A stretch of 64,000 nt of DNA from Dehalococcoidia bacterium (GCA_009379925.1 WHSU01000015.1:3446-67445); one strand, 5' to 3'. Positions 9,538 through 18,755 are shown, numbered from the stretch's first letter. Notes: generated by a model from the letters alone, not told the origin. A program made the numbers and translations.

Positions 9538-10623
9538 GTGCTAAACGTCGACATCGCGCTCCGCGTCGGTTCCTTCGACCTCGAGATCGCATTCGCGATC
9601 GACCGCGAACTACTGGTGCTGTTCGGGCCGTCGGGCTCCGGCAAGAGCATGACGCTCGGCGCGATTGCCGGGCTTCGCACGCCGCAGCGTGGTCGCATCG
9701 AGGTAGGTGAGCGCGTTGTCTTCGACAGTGCCACCGGTCTGAACCTGCCGCCTCAGCGTCGAAACGTTGGGTACGTGGTGCAGCAGCTCGCACTGTTCCC
9801 GCATCTCGATGTCGCCAGGAACATCGCGTACGGCCTCGGAGGGCTCAGCCGGGCGGCAAGGCGGCAACGTGTCGAGGAGCTGCTGGCGCTGCTCAAGCTC
9901 GATGGCCTTGCCGGGCGAATGCCGGCGCAGCTCTCGGGCGGGCAGCAGCAGCGGGTCGCGCTGGCCAGGGCCCTCGCACGGCCGACCGACGTGTTGCTGC
10001 TCGACGAGCCGTTCTCCGCGCTGGACGAGGCGCTGCGCGCCGATCTACGCATCGAGCTGTTGCGCCTCCGCCAGGAGCTAGCGTTGCCGGTGGTGTTCGT
10101 AACGCACGACCTCCGCGAGGCGCACCTGCTGGGCGACCGCATCGCCGTGCTGGACCAGGGGCGGGTGCTGCAGTTTGGTCCGCGCGAGGAGGTGTTTCGC
10201 ACACCCACGTCTCGGCGTGTCGCCGAGCTGACGGGTGCGCAGAACATCTTTCGCGGTCGGGCGTTCAACGGCCGGCTGGAGGCGGGGGGGCTGCCCCTGC
10301 GCGCCAACCTTCCCGACGCCATCGCGGGCGACATCGAGATCGCGATCCGCGCTGAACTCTGCAACCTGCGCCGGCTCGATCCGGATAGCGAACTACCGGA
10401 GAACTGCTACGTCGCACGAGTGACTGCCAACCTGGCGTTCGGGAGCATGCACCTGCTCCGCCTGGAGCCCGAGGGTCACGGCGTGCCGATCGAGATCGAG
10501 ATCGCCGCACGTCCGTACGAAGTGCTCGGTGTCCACTCGCAGGACCGGTGGGTGGTGGAACTGCCCGCCGACGACCTCTACGTCTTCGCCGCGTCCCCCG
10601 AGGAGGCTGCGCCGCTGCGGTGA
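9538..10623 (+). CDS. modC: Molybdate ABC transporter ATP-binding protein
   Basis: GPSGSGKS, NLPPQRRNVGY, LSGGQQQR, LLLDEPFSALD, VTHD. Confidence 0.9.
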   Translation: MLNVDIALRVGSFDLEIAFAIDRELLVLFGPSGSGKSMTLGAIAGLRTPQRGRIEVGERVVFDSATGLNLPPQRRNVGYVVQQLALFPHLDVARNIAYGLGGLSRAARRQRVEELLALLKLDGLAGRMPAQLSGGQQQRVALARALARPTDVLLLDEPFSALDEALRADLRIELLRLRQELALPVVFVTHDLREAHLLGDRIAVLDQGRVLQFGPREEVFRTPTSRRVAELTGAQNIFRGRAFNGRLEAGGLPLRANLPDAIAGDIEIAIRAELCNLRRLDPDSELPENCYVARVTANLAFGSMHLLRLEPEGHGVPIEIEIAARPYEVLGVHSQDRWVVELPADDLYVFAASPEEAAPLR

Positions 10624-10653
10624 TGCGTGGACGGGCCTCGATGGCCCGGGGGG

Positions 10654-11694
10654 CTACTGGTAGACGATGTAGTCGGGCGGACGGTCGAGGGCCATGAGGT
10701 CATCCGGCTGGATCAACGGCTCGTCCCAGCGGTAGAAGAGCTTGATGGCCGGGCGCTCGGAATACTCCGCCAGCGCATAGCGCTCGTATCCCTCCAGCTT
10801 CGGCCACGGCGCGCCGTAGCCGTCCATGTCTACGCTGACCTCCACCTCCGGGACGTCATCGAAGTCGGCGGTGTCCGCCAGCATCTCCGGACGGAACTGG
10901 TGCAGCACCAGCACCTTGGGCGGCAAGCCGTGCTCCCGCACGAGGTCGGCGAGGTAGCCCTGCACCTCGTTCACGTCCGCAGCACCCAGCGTGCCGATCA
11001 CGACGCCGGGCGCGGCGCCGTACGACCTGGTGGCGAACTCCGGGTCGAGCGCCAGGTGGACGAACGGCTCCTCGAGGAACCGCTCCAGCCGCTGTACGTC
11101 GGTCAGGGGCGTCGACCAGCCGATCTGCAGGTCGAGGAATAGCAGCAGTCCGTGTTCTCGCGCCGCCGCCACATACGGCTCGATCACCTCGGGCGGCATG
11201 CGCTCCAGGTAGAGTCCGTCCGGCATCGGGTCGCGCTGCGCGACATCGACGATGAGGTGCAGCGCGGGGATGACGTCCTGGTCGCCGTTAAGCGCGTCGT
11301 ACTCGGCGGCCAGCGCGCGCAGCTCGGCGACCGCGTCATCGATGTCCTCGTGCGCGCCGAGTTCGCCCATGACCGCGACGCCGGGGTGGCCGTAGAAGGA
11401 GACGACGAGCGCGTCCTGGAAGTACGAGCGGGGTGGAACGGCTTCGACGGGCTCGGGTCCCGCCATTTGCCCCACCGGCTCGGGACCGGCGAGACGCGGA
11501 GCGCGCGCCAGCAGGAAGCTGAGGTCGATCTGGATCAGGATCGGTCGGGGTCCGTCCGGCGCCACCACCAGCGGGGGCGGCAGGGCTGGTGCGGCGGCGC
11601 TCGTCGTCCCGGGGAGAGCAGCAACGACGAGTGCGAGGAAGAGCACCACGGTCAGCGCGGCGTGCCGGGCGGCACGTCGAGAGGTCATGGTCAT
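10654..11694 (-). CDS. Conserved secreted hypothetical protein (possible glycoside-hydrolase-like fold)
   Basis: N-terminal signal peptide and conserved-looking blocks YGHP, LDLQIG, HLALDPEF, LVLHQF, DMDGYG, KLFY, YIVYQ. Confidence 0.75.
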   Translation of the reverse strand: MTMTSRRAARHAALTVVLFLALVVAALPGTTSAAAPALPPPLVVAPDGPRPILIQIDLSFLLARAPRLAGPEPVGQMAGPEPVEAVPPRSYFQDALVVSFYGHPGVAVMGELGAHEDIDDAVAELRALAAEYDALNGDQDVIPALHLIVDVAQRDPMPDGLYLERMPPEVIEPYVAAAREHGLLLFLDLQIGWSTPLTDVQRLERFLEEPFVHLALDPEFATRSYGAAPGVVIGTLGAADVNEVQGYLADLVREHGLPPKVLVLHQFRPEMLADTADFDDVPEVEVSVDMDGYGAPWPKLEGYERYALAEYSERPAIKLFYRWDEPLIQPDDLMALDRPPDYIVYQ

Positions 11695-11871
11695 CCTGGC
11701 TCCCGCACCAGCCCACCGCGCAGGACGACCTTACAGCAATGAGGCACATGCGTAAACACCTGAGCATTTCTTAGCACCTCTCCACTGTTCAAGGACATCC
11801 CTCGACCGATGCTCACATCGAACGACGGATGAGGAAGCGCACGGACGACGCTGCTCTACACCACCGCGAAC

Positions 11872-12648
11872 GTGGATCCGCTGGTCAAGCGGGTCCTGGC
11901 GGCACACGAGCCGCCGGCATCGCTCAGGGCGCTGCTCGCGCTACGCGAGCACGAGCCCTTCGCACCACAGGCGCTGGCGCGCGTCGTGAGCCAGGCCCCA
12001 CTGATCGTCGAGCGCATCCGCCTGGGCTACGCGGCCCCCACCGCCGTGGCGGACTACGGCAATCGCCGCCCGTACACGGTGCGCGACGCGATCGCGGACA
12101 CGGTAGGCCCCGACCTACTGCGCCACGAGTCGGCTGCGTCCTGGGAGTGGACGTACGTGGTGGCCGCGTACACGACGGTGCTGGCCGAAGCCCTCCAGCG
12201 CCACACCGACGACGCATTCGCGGCCGGGTTGCTGCTCAACGCGTCGCGACTGCTCATGCTCCACCACGCCACGGACGACACCGAGCGGGCGCTGGAACGC
12301 GCGCGCCAGTCGAGCATCCCGGTCGCGCAGGCGGAGCGAGACACGCTCGGCTACTCGCACCTCGAGTTCGGGCGCGCGCTCGCGGAGGCGTGGGGGCTAC
12401 CGGGCAGCATCCAACCGGCGTTCGACGAGGACGCCGACCCGGAGAGTCTGTCCGGGCTGCTGCGTCGCGCCGAGCGGATCGCCTGGCAACACGGCATGGA
12501 CGACCCACGCGGCGTGCGGCCCGCCGCCGGCGCGCTGGAAGAGCGCGCGCCGGCCCTCGACGCCTTCCGCGAGAGCCGGCAGGCGGCGGGTGGCGTGCTG
12601 GCACGGTTGCGCGGGTTCATGGCCGCCGCGCACATCGAGTTCCAGTAG
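11872..12648 (+). CDS. HDOD-domain protein (HD motif degenerate)
   Basis: AFAAGLLLNASRLLM (canonical AGLLHDIG) and ERDTLGYSHLEFGRALAEAWGLP. Confidence 0.8.
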   Translation: MDPLVKRVLAAHEPPASLRALLALREHEPFAPQALARVVSQAPLIVERIRLGYAAPTAVADYGNRRPYTVRDAIADTVGPDLLRHESAASWEWTYVVAAYTTVLAEALQRHTDDAFAAGLLLNASRLLMLHHATDDTERALERARQSSIPVAQAERDTLGYSHLEFGRALAEAWGLPGSIQPAFDEDADPESLSGLLRRAERIAWQHGMDDPRGVRPAAGALEERAPALDAFRESRQAAGGVLARLRGFMAAAHIEFQ

Positions 12649-12668
12649 CCGCCCCGGGCGCGTCCAGC

Positions 12669-13754
12669 CTATTCCGAACCGATCTCCAGCACGGAGCGCG
12701 CCACCTCTCCGCTCTTCAGCGTGTCGAATGCCTCGTTGATCTGGTCCAGTGGGAAGCGCTTCGTGACCAAGCCATCGAGGTCGAGTTTGCCCTGCTGGTA
12801 GAGCGCCATGATGTGCGGCATGTCTACGTGGAACCGCGCGGAGCCGTAGAAGGAGCCCTTGAAGGTCTTCTCGTCCAGCCAGATCATCCCGGGCAGCTCG
12901 ATCTGGTCCATCGCCGGGACCATCCCGACAACGACCGCGGTGCCGCCTCGGCGGGCCATGTCGTAGGCCTGGCGCGCCGTCTGCTTGAGGCCGATCGCCT
13001 CGAAGGCGAAGTCCACTCCACCACCGGTGAGGTCCTTGGCCGTCTTCACCGCGTCGCCCTCGCCGGGGTTCACGCCGTCTGTGGCCCCGAACTGCTTCGC
13101 GACCGCGAGCTTATGCTCGACCAGGTCGACGGCGATGATCTGGCGCGCGCCGGCCAGCCGGGCGCTCTGGATGATGTTGAGCCGCACGCCGCCAGTGCCG
13201 ATCACGGCCACCGTCGAGCCCGGCGTCACCTTCGCCGTGTTCACGACGGCCCCGTACCCCGTCGTGACCGAGCAGCCGACGAGCGCGGCCACATCCATGC
13301 CGACACCGTCCGGCACCTTCACGAGCCCCGAGGCGGGCGTCAGCGAGTACTCCGCGAAGCCTCCGACGTTCGTCATCGCTGTCACTGCCGTCTCGTCGCG
13401 CCACAGCGTCGGCTGGTCGCGCCGTCGGGGCGTCGAGGGCGTCTGACAGAGGTTGGGACGAGCGGAGGAGCAGTATTCGCAGATGCCGCACGGCTGCACG
13501 AAGCCGACGATCACGCGGTCGCCCGCCTGCACGTTCGTCACGCCGGCGCCCACCTGCTCGACGACCCCAGCCACCTCGTGGCCCAGGACGGTCGGGACGC
13601 GCGCCGGGTACGTGCCCTCGATGAAGTGCAGGTCGGAGTGGCAGACGCCTGCCGCCACCACGCGGACCAGGGCCTCGCCGGTACCGGGCTCATCGATCCT
13701 GAGGTCATCGATGCTCAGCGGCGTGCGCGCCTCGTTCAGGACTGCTGCTTTCAT
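12669..13754 (-). CDS. Zn-dependent alcohol dehydrogenase (MDR family)
   Basis: GVCHSD, GHE, structural Zn CGICEYC...C, LVGCSVTTG. The nucleotide-binding loop reads GTGGVR. Confidence 0.93.
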   Translation of the reverse strand: MKAAVLNEARTPLSIDDLRIDEPGTGEALVRVVAAGVCHSDLHFIEGTYPARVPTVLGHEVAGVVEQVGAGVTNVQAGDRVIVGFVQPCGICEYCSSARPNLCQTPSTPRRRDQPTLWRDETAVTAMTNVGGFAEYSLTPASGLVKVPDGVGMDVAALVGCSVTTGYGAVVNTAKVTPGSTVAVIGTGGVRLNIIQSARLAGARQIIAVDLVEHKLAVAKQFGATDGVNPGEGDAVKTAKDLTGGGVDFAFEAIGLKQTARQAYDMARRGGTAVVVGMVPAMDQIELPGMIWLDEKTFKGSFYGSARFHVDMPHIMALYQQGKLDLDGLVTKRFPLDQINEAFDTLKSGEVARSVLEIGSE

Positions 13755-13880
13755 TGGTCGCTCCCCTCCGGCTGCGTATGCCCGTGACGTACAGACTGTA
13801 TGGCGCTCTCCGTGCGGCACATCCTACGCGAGCACGCGCGATCTTGCCCGCAGCACCGTGGAGACCCCGGCGCCCGTCCT

Positions 13881-13907
13881 TCAGCGCGCCGCGGAAGCCG
13901 TCGATGA
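13881..13907 (+). promoter_or_regulatory. Candidate sigma28 (FliA/WhiG-type) promoter
   Basis: TCAG-N15-GTCGATGA, about 20 nt upstream of the GTG start (GGGAG RBS) of the HD-GYP gene. Confidence 0.4.
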
Positions 13908-13927
13908 TCACGCCGGGAGTACTGACC

Positions 13928-14974
13928 GTGACCGATACTGTACCGCCCACCGCATCCGCCAAGCCGCCGCCCGTGGCGTCCGACGCGCCGGACGGGATCG
14001 CGTCGCGGCCGCGTCGCCGCATCCCCGTGCCGTCCGCCATCTTCACGGCCGGCGGCGCGCCCTCGTTCCTGGTGTTCGACGATCAGGGCGCACCGGTTGA
14101 CGCGAAGCGTGACTTCCTGCGCGACGGCCCGGCGACCGTACACGTAGTCCCCAGTGACCTCGAGGCGCTGAACGCGCACCTCCAGACGGCCCTGCACACC
14201 GTCGTCGCGCACGAGGGCATCGCTGCGGGCGACCGCGCATGGGCGCTGCACCGAGCGCGGCTGGCCGCCACGGCCGGACTGCTGCGCGGCGAGGAGCGGC
14301 TGAGCGCGGCGGCAGACGTGTCCAGGGCGTGTCGCCAGGTGGCGCTCTTCACCCTCGAGCGCCCAGACAGCTTCCGCTTCCTCGATGTCATCGCCGGCAA
14401 CCAGTTCACGCCCGTCACTCGGGCGGTCGAGACCGCGATCTTCGCCGTCTCGCTGGCCGCCGCCGAAGGCCTGCGCGACCCAGACACGCTGACCGCCATC
14501 GCCCTCGCGGGCGTCTTCGCCGACACCGGCAAGCTGACGCTGTCCGGCGAGCTGCTGGCGAAGGCAGCGCCGCTGGGCAACGACGAGTGGGAGCGCATGC
14601 GCGAGCATCCTGCGCGTTCCGCGGAAATCATGCACCGCTGCGGCATCGTGGAGGCCACCGCCCTTCGAGGCGCGCGCCATCACCACGAGCGCTGGGACGG
14701 TTCGGGCTACCCGGGCGGCCTGCGCGGCGAAGACATCCCGCCGGAGGCGCGCTACCTGGCGATCGCCGACGCCTATAGCGCGCTCACGGTCGACCGTCCG
14801 TTTAGCGAGCATCGCGACCCGTTCGGCGCGCTCTCGGAGATGGCGCAGACCGCCGGCCAGTTCGAGCCGCGCCTGCTCCGCCTCTTCGTGCCGCTGCTGT
14901 GCTTCAGCCAGGAGACGGACGCGGCCGCCGCCGAGACCACCGAGGCTCAGGCCACGCCCGAGGTGGCCGCCTAG
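13928..14974 (+). CDS. HD-GYP domain protein (HD replaced by AD)
   Basis: HHHERWDGSGYPGGLRGEDIP, IADAYSALTVDRP, MREHP. GVFADTGK stands at the HDIGK position. Start uncertain. Confidence 0.85.
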   Translation: MTDTVPPTASAKPPPVASDAPDGIASRPRRRIPVPSAIFTAGGAPSFLVFDDQGAPVDAKRDFLRDGPATVHVVPSDLEALNAHLQTALHTVVAHEGIAAGDRAWALHRARLAATAGLLRGEERLSAAADVSRACRQVALFTLERPDSFRFLDVIAGNQFTPVTRAVETAIFAVSLAAAEGLRDPDTLTAIALAGVFADTGKLTLSGELLAKAAPLGNDEWERMREHPARSAEIMHRCGIVEATALRGARHHHERWDGSGYPGGLRGEDIPPEARYLAIADAYSALTVDRPFSEHRDPFGALSEMAQTAGQFEPRLLRLFVPLLCFSQETDAAAAETTEAQATPEVAA

Positions 14975-14985
14975 GCTTCGTGCTT

Positions 14986-15894
14986 TCAGTCCAAGGGTCG
15001 CCCAACCTCGACGCCCGCGAGCGCCTCGATAGCCGTCACGAGCGCCTGCGTACCCGCGTCCCCGCCGTGCGACCGCTCGACGGAGGCGAAGAGCTGGTGC
15101 ACCAACGAGGTGCCGGCGAGCGGCACGTGCAGCTCGTCCGCCGCCTCCAACGCCAGGCGCAGGTCCTTCTGCTGGAGCCCGACCTTGAAGCCCGGCGCAA
15201 AGTCCCGTTCGACGACCTTCGGTCCGAGGTTGGAGATCTGCCACGAGCCGGCGGCGCCGGCGGAGATCGCCTCGAGCATCGTCGAGGGGTCGACACCGCT
15301 GCGCTGACAGAAGACGAGCGCCTCCGCCATCGCGAGGTTGTTCAGGACGACGGCGATCTGGTTGCACAGCTTCACGGTCTGTCCCGCGCCACTGGGGCCA
15401 CAGTGCGTGATCCGGGCGCCCATCGCCTCCAGCATCGGCCGTGCGCGGTCGAGCGCCTCCGGCGTGCCGCCGACCATGATCGAGAGCGTGCCGGCAACCG
15501 CGCCCTGTTCGCCACCGGACACCGGCGCGTCCAGCATCGCGCCGCCCCGCGCCTCCACGCGGCGCGCCAGCTCGCGTGTGGCCGCGGGGGCGATCGTCGA
15601 CATGTCGACGAACACCGAGCCCGCGCGCACACCCTCGATCGCGCCCTCCCATTCGTCGCTACCCAGCAGCACCGCCTCCACGTCCTCGGTCTGCCGCACG
15701 CACGCCACGACGACCTCCGCGCGGCGTGCGACGTCGGCGGGCGACTCGCCGCGTAACGCGCCATCGGCGACGGCCGCGTCCAGGCGCTCGGGCGAGCGGT
15801 TCCACGCGACGACCTCGAAGCCTGCCTGGCGGAGGTTGCGCGCCATGGGCGCGCCCATGATGCCCAGCCCGATGAACCCGACCGTCTCAGCCAT
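14986..15894 (-). CDS. Beta-hydroxyacid dehydrogenase (2-hydroxy-3-oxopropionate reductase / 3-hydroxyisobutyrate dehydrogenase family)
   Basis: VGFIGLGIMGAPMA, LDAPVSGG, GQTVKLCNQ, FAPGF...KDLRLA. Confidence 0.93.
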   Translation of the reverse strand: MAETVGFIGLGIMGAPMARNLRQAGFEVVAWNRSPERLDAAVADGALRGESPADVARRAEVVVACVRQTEDVEAVLLGSDEWEGAIEGVRAGSVFVDMSTIAPAATRELARRVEARGGAMLDAPVSGGEQGAVAGTLSIMVGGTPEALDRARPMLEAMGARITHCGPSGAGQTVKLCNQIAVVLNNLAMAEALVFCQRSGVDPSTMLEAISAGAAGSWQISNLGPKVVERDFAPGFKVGLQQKDLRLALEAADELHVPLAGTSLVHQLFASVERSHGGDAGTQALVTAIEALAGVEVGRPLD

Positions 15895-16000
15895 CGCGTC
15901 GCTCCTCGTCTCCCACTTGCTCGCCTCGAACACCCTCGCCGGGCTCGACCAACGAGGTGCTCACCAGCGCGACGATTGTACGGGCGCGGCCGCGAGCGCC

Positions 16001-16067
16001 TTGACAGACTGCCGTGGGCGGGGCAGTATCCGAGTATCGCGAATCACGATATCGCAAGAAACAGATA
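16001..16067 (+). promoter_or_regulatory. Promoter (TTGACA-N17-CAGTAT) followed by tandem TATCG...GATA inverted repeats
   Basis: TTGACA at 16001-16006; TATCGcgaatcaCGATA at 16035-16051, with an overlapping second imperfect copy to 16067. Confidence 0.5.
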
Positions 16068-16079
16068 GCTCTATCGGAA

Positions 16080-16483
16080 CTGGCCACAGCGAACACGAAC
16101 ACGCAGAGCACCGGCGACGCAACGCCGCACGCGGTCGCGCGCATGAACTGCTACTCCACGACCATCCGGAGGTCCGCGAGGAGTACGAGCGGCTCCGACC
16201 GCGCTACGAGGCGGTGGCGGCGCTGATCCGTGCCCGCAAGCTGGCCGGCCTGACACAGACCGAGCTGGCGGAACGCATGGGCCGGCAGCAGAGCATCATC
16301 AGCGAGATCGAAAGCGGCCGGCGCAGCCCTCGGTTGGACACGCTGGCCGCCGCCGCCCGTGCACTCGGTCTGGAGCTGCGGGTCGACTTCGTCGCCGAGG
16401 GCAGCGCGGACGGCGCGCCCGAGGCGCCACCCGAGGCGCCCGAGACAGAACCCAGGCCGGCCCGGCGCCGGCGACGCCGATGA
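16080..16483 (+). CDS. XRE/HigA-like HTH regulator; start unresolved, possible frameshift near 16140
   Basis: DHPEVREEYERL...LIRARKLAGLTQTELAERMGRQQSIISEIESGRRSPRLDTL. No in-frame ATG/GTG follows the promoter. Stop overlaps the ATG of the ABC exporter. Confidence 0.8.
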
Positions 16484-18375
16484 TGGCGCACGGCCGCATG
16501 CGCCGCGGCCTCACCGGCGAAGACCGCCCGCAGGGCTCGAAACTCCGCATCCTTCGGCGCGCTGCGGGCCTCTTCCGCCCCTATCGCTGGCACTTCGCCG
16601 GACTCGTCCTGCTGATCGCCGTCACCGCGACCCTGAGCCTGCTCCCGGCGCTGCTGATCGCCGCGATCGTCGAGGCGGTGGCGCCTCCCGAGGGCGGCGG
16701 CTTGCCGCCGGGCACCACCGGCGAGGTGACCCGCATCTTCGTCATCATGGCGGGGCTCTACCTCGCATCCGGCCTGCTCGGCGTGCTGCTGGGTTACGTC
16801 AACCAGCTCGTCGGCCAGTCCGTGATGTACGACGTCCGGGCGGCGTTGCACCGCCACCTCCAGCGCCTCCCCGTGCGCTTCTACACCGCCACGCGCACCG
16901 GCGAGATCATGTCCCGCATCGTCACCGACGTGAACACGGTGCAGCAGGCCGTGACCGGGACGTTCACCGAGTTCCTCACGAACTTCATCACGCTGGTCGT
17001 CGCGCTGGGGCTGATGTTCGCCATCGAGTGGCGGCTGGCGCTGCTGGCGATGGTGGTGTTGCCGCTGTGGGTGTACCCCACCCTGCGCGTGGGTGACGCC
17101 CAACGCCGCCTGCAGGGACTCTGGCAGGAAGAAGCCGCGCAGATGTCGGCGCACCTGGAAGAGACGCTCTCCGTCTCCGGCTCGATGCTCGTGAAGACCT
17201 TCGGCCGGCAGGACTACGAGTCCCGGCGCTTCCTGCACTCCAATGCGCAGCTCCGCAAACTGTCGATCCAGCGCATGATGGCCGGCCGTTGGTTCAACAT
17301 GGCCACGGAACTCTTCGGGTTCCTTTCGGTCGCCATCGTCTACTGGCTCGGCGGCATGCTAGTGCTTGGCGGCGACATCCGCCTGAGCGAGGTGGTCGCG
17401 TTCGCCGCGCTGTCGAACCGCGTCTTCACACCGTTCCGCCAGATCGCGCGTATCAACACCACCGTGCTCACCTCGCTGGCCCTCTTCGAGCGCATCTTCG
17501 AGTACCTCGACCTGCCCGTCGAAGTGGACGAGCGGCCCGACGCCACCGCGCTCGACCGGCCGCGCGGCGGGCTGACGTTCGAGGACGTGCGGTTCAGCTA
17601 CGGCCGCAACAGCGCACCCGCGATCGACGGTGTGTCGTTCGACGTGCCGGCGGGCCAGATGGTCGCCCTCGTCGGTCCCTCCGGCGCGGGGAAGACCACG
17701 GTCACGTACCTGCTCCAGCGCTACTACGACCCGCAGGCCGGACGCGTGCTGCTGGACGGCCACGACCTGCGCGGCCTGACCCTCGACTCGATCAGCCGCG
17801 CCGTCGGCACGGTGATGCAGGAGACGTACCTCTTCCACACCACGCTGCTGGACAACATCCGCTACGGACGGCTGGAGGCGACAGACGACGAAGTGATGGA
17901 GGCGGCGCTGGCGGCCGGGCTGGGCTCGCTCCTCGAGCGGCTGCCGGACGGCCTCGAAACGACGGTCGGTGAGCGGGGGTACCGGCTCTCCGGCGGTGAG
18001 AAGCAACGCGTCGCGATCGCACGGGCGATCCTGAAGGACCCGCCGGTGCTCATCCTCGACGAGGCGACGTCGTCACTCGACTCCAGGCTGGAACGCGAGA
18101 TCCGGGACTCCACCGCGCAGCTCGCGAAGGGCCGCACGACCGTGGTGATCGCGCACCGGCTCTCCACCGTCGTCGCCGCGGACCTCATCCTCGTGTTCGA
18201 CCGCGGCCACATCGTGGAGCGGGGCCGCCACGGCGAGCTGCTGGCGCAGGACGGCCTCTACGCCGCGCTGTACCACGAGCGGTTCTCCCACGACGAAGCA
18301 GCCGCCGCAGCCAACGGCGCCACAAACGGCGCCCACGCCCGCCGCGGCGCCGGACGCCTCGACCCGAGCGCGTAG
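16480..18375 (+). CDS. ABC exporter, fused permease and ATPase
   Basis: Six-TM domain, GPSGAGKTT, LSGGEKQR, ILDEATSSLD, IAHRLST. Confidence 0.95.
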   Translation: MMAHGRMRRGLTGEDRPQGSKLRILRRAAGLFRPYRWHFAGLVLLIAVTATLSLLPALLIAAIVEAVAPPEGGGLPPGTTGEVTRIFVIMAGLYLASGLLGVLLGYVNQLVGQSVMYDVRAALHRHLQRLPVRFYTATRTGEIMSRIVTDVNTVQQAVTGTFTEFLTNFITLVVALGLMFAIEWRLALLAMVVLPLWVYPTLRVGDAQRRLQGLWQEEAAQMSAHLEETLSVSGSMLVKTFGRQDYESRRFLHSNAQLRKLSIQRMMAGRWFNMATELFGFLSVAIVYWLGGMLVLGGDIRLSEVVAFAALSNRVFTPFRQIARINTTVLTSLALFERIFEYLDLPVEVDERPDATALDRPRGGLTFEDVRFSYGRNSAPAIDGVSFDVPAGQMVALVGPSGAGKTTVTYLLQRYYDPQAGRVLLDGHDLRGLTLDSISRAVGTVMQETYLFHTTLLDNIRYGRLEATDDEVMEAALAAGLGSLLERLPDGLETTVGERGYRLSGGEKQRVAIARAILKDPPVLILDEATSSLDSRLEREIRDSTAQLAKGRTTVVIAHRLSTVVAADLILVFDRGHIVERGRHGELLAQDGLYAALYHERFSHDEAAAAANGATNGAHARRGAGRLDPSA

Positions 18376-18487
18376 CCCTCGAGAGGCGGCCAACATCGAG
18401 GCGTCTCGGGGGCGGGGTGGCCCGCAGGCCCTCCCGCCTGCGACAATGGCCCCGCCGCAACACCGGACAACGGGGGAGGGACACACA

Positions 18488-18667
18488 ATGGGCAGGCTGC
18501 TCAAGCGCCTCGTGGTGCTCGGCGTGATCGTGGGGATCGGACTGCAGGCACTCAAGCGCCTCGGCCTCCTCACCGGCGGCGAGTGCGGACCAAACTGCGA
18601 CTGCAGCATGGGCGCGGAGGCCTGCACCTGCGGCCACCCCACCTGCCTCACCCCGGCCGTGGGGTAG
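18488..18667 (+). CDS. 59-aa membrane-anchored Cys/His-rich protein (metallothionein-like)
   Basis: GGGGGAGGG RBS; N-terminal hydrophobic helix followed by CGPNCDCSMGAEACTCGHPTC; strong GC3 codon bias. Confidence 0.7.
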   Translation: MGRLLKRLVVLGVIVGIGLQALKRLGLLTGGECGPNCDCSMGAEACTCGHPTCLTPAVG

Positions 18668-18755
18668 CCGAGGCCGCCCCCGCTCTACCGTTTCCTCGTA
18701 GGGGCGCAGCGTGCTGCGCCCGCTTGGTGCTTGCCGCACGCGCTCCAGGCTCCCC

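Noticed and set aside
11788-11812. sigma28-like TCAAG...ACCGATGC upstream of the HDOD gene
   Set aside because: The spacer is about 3 nt shorter than consensus.
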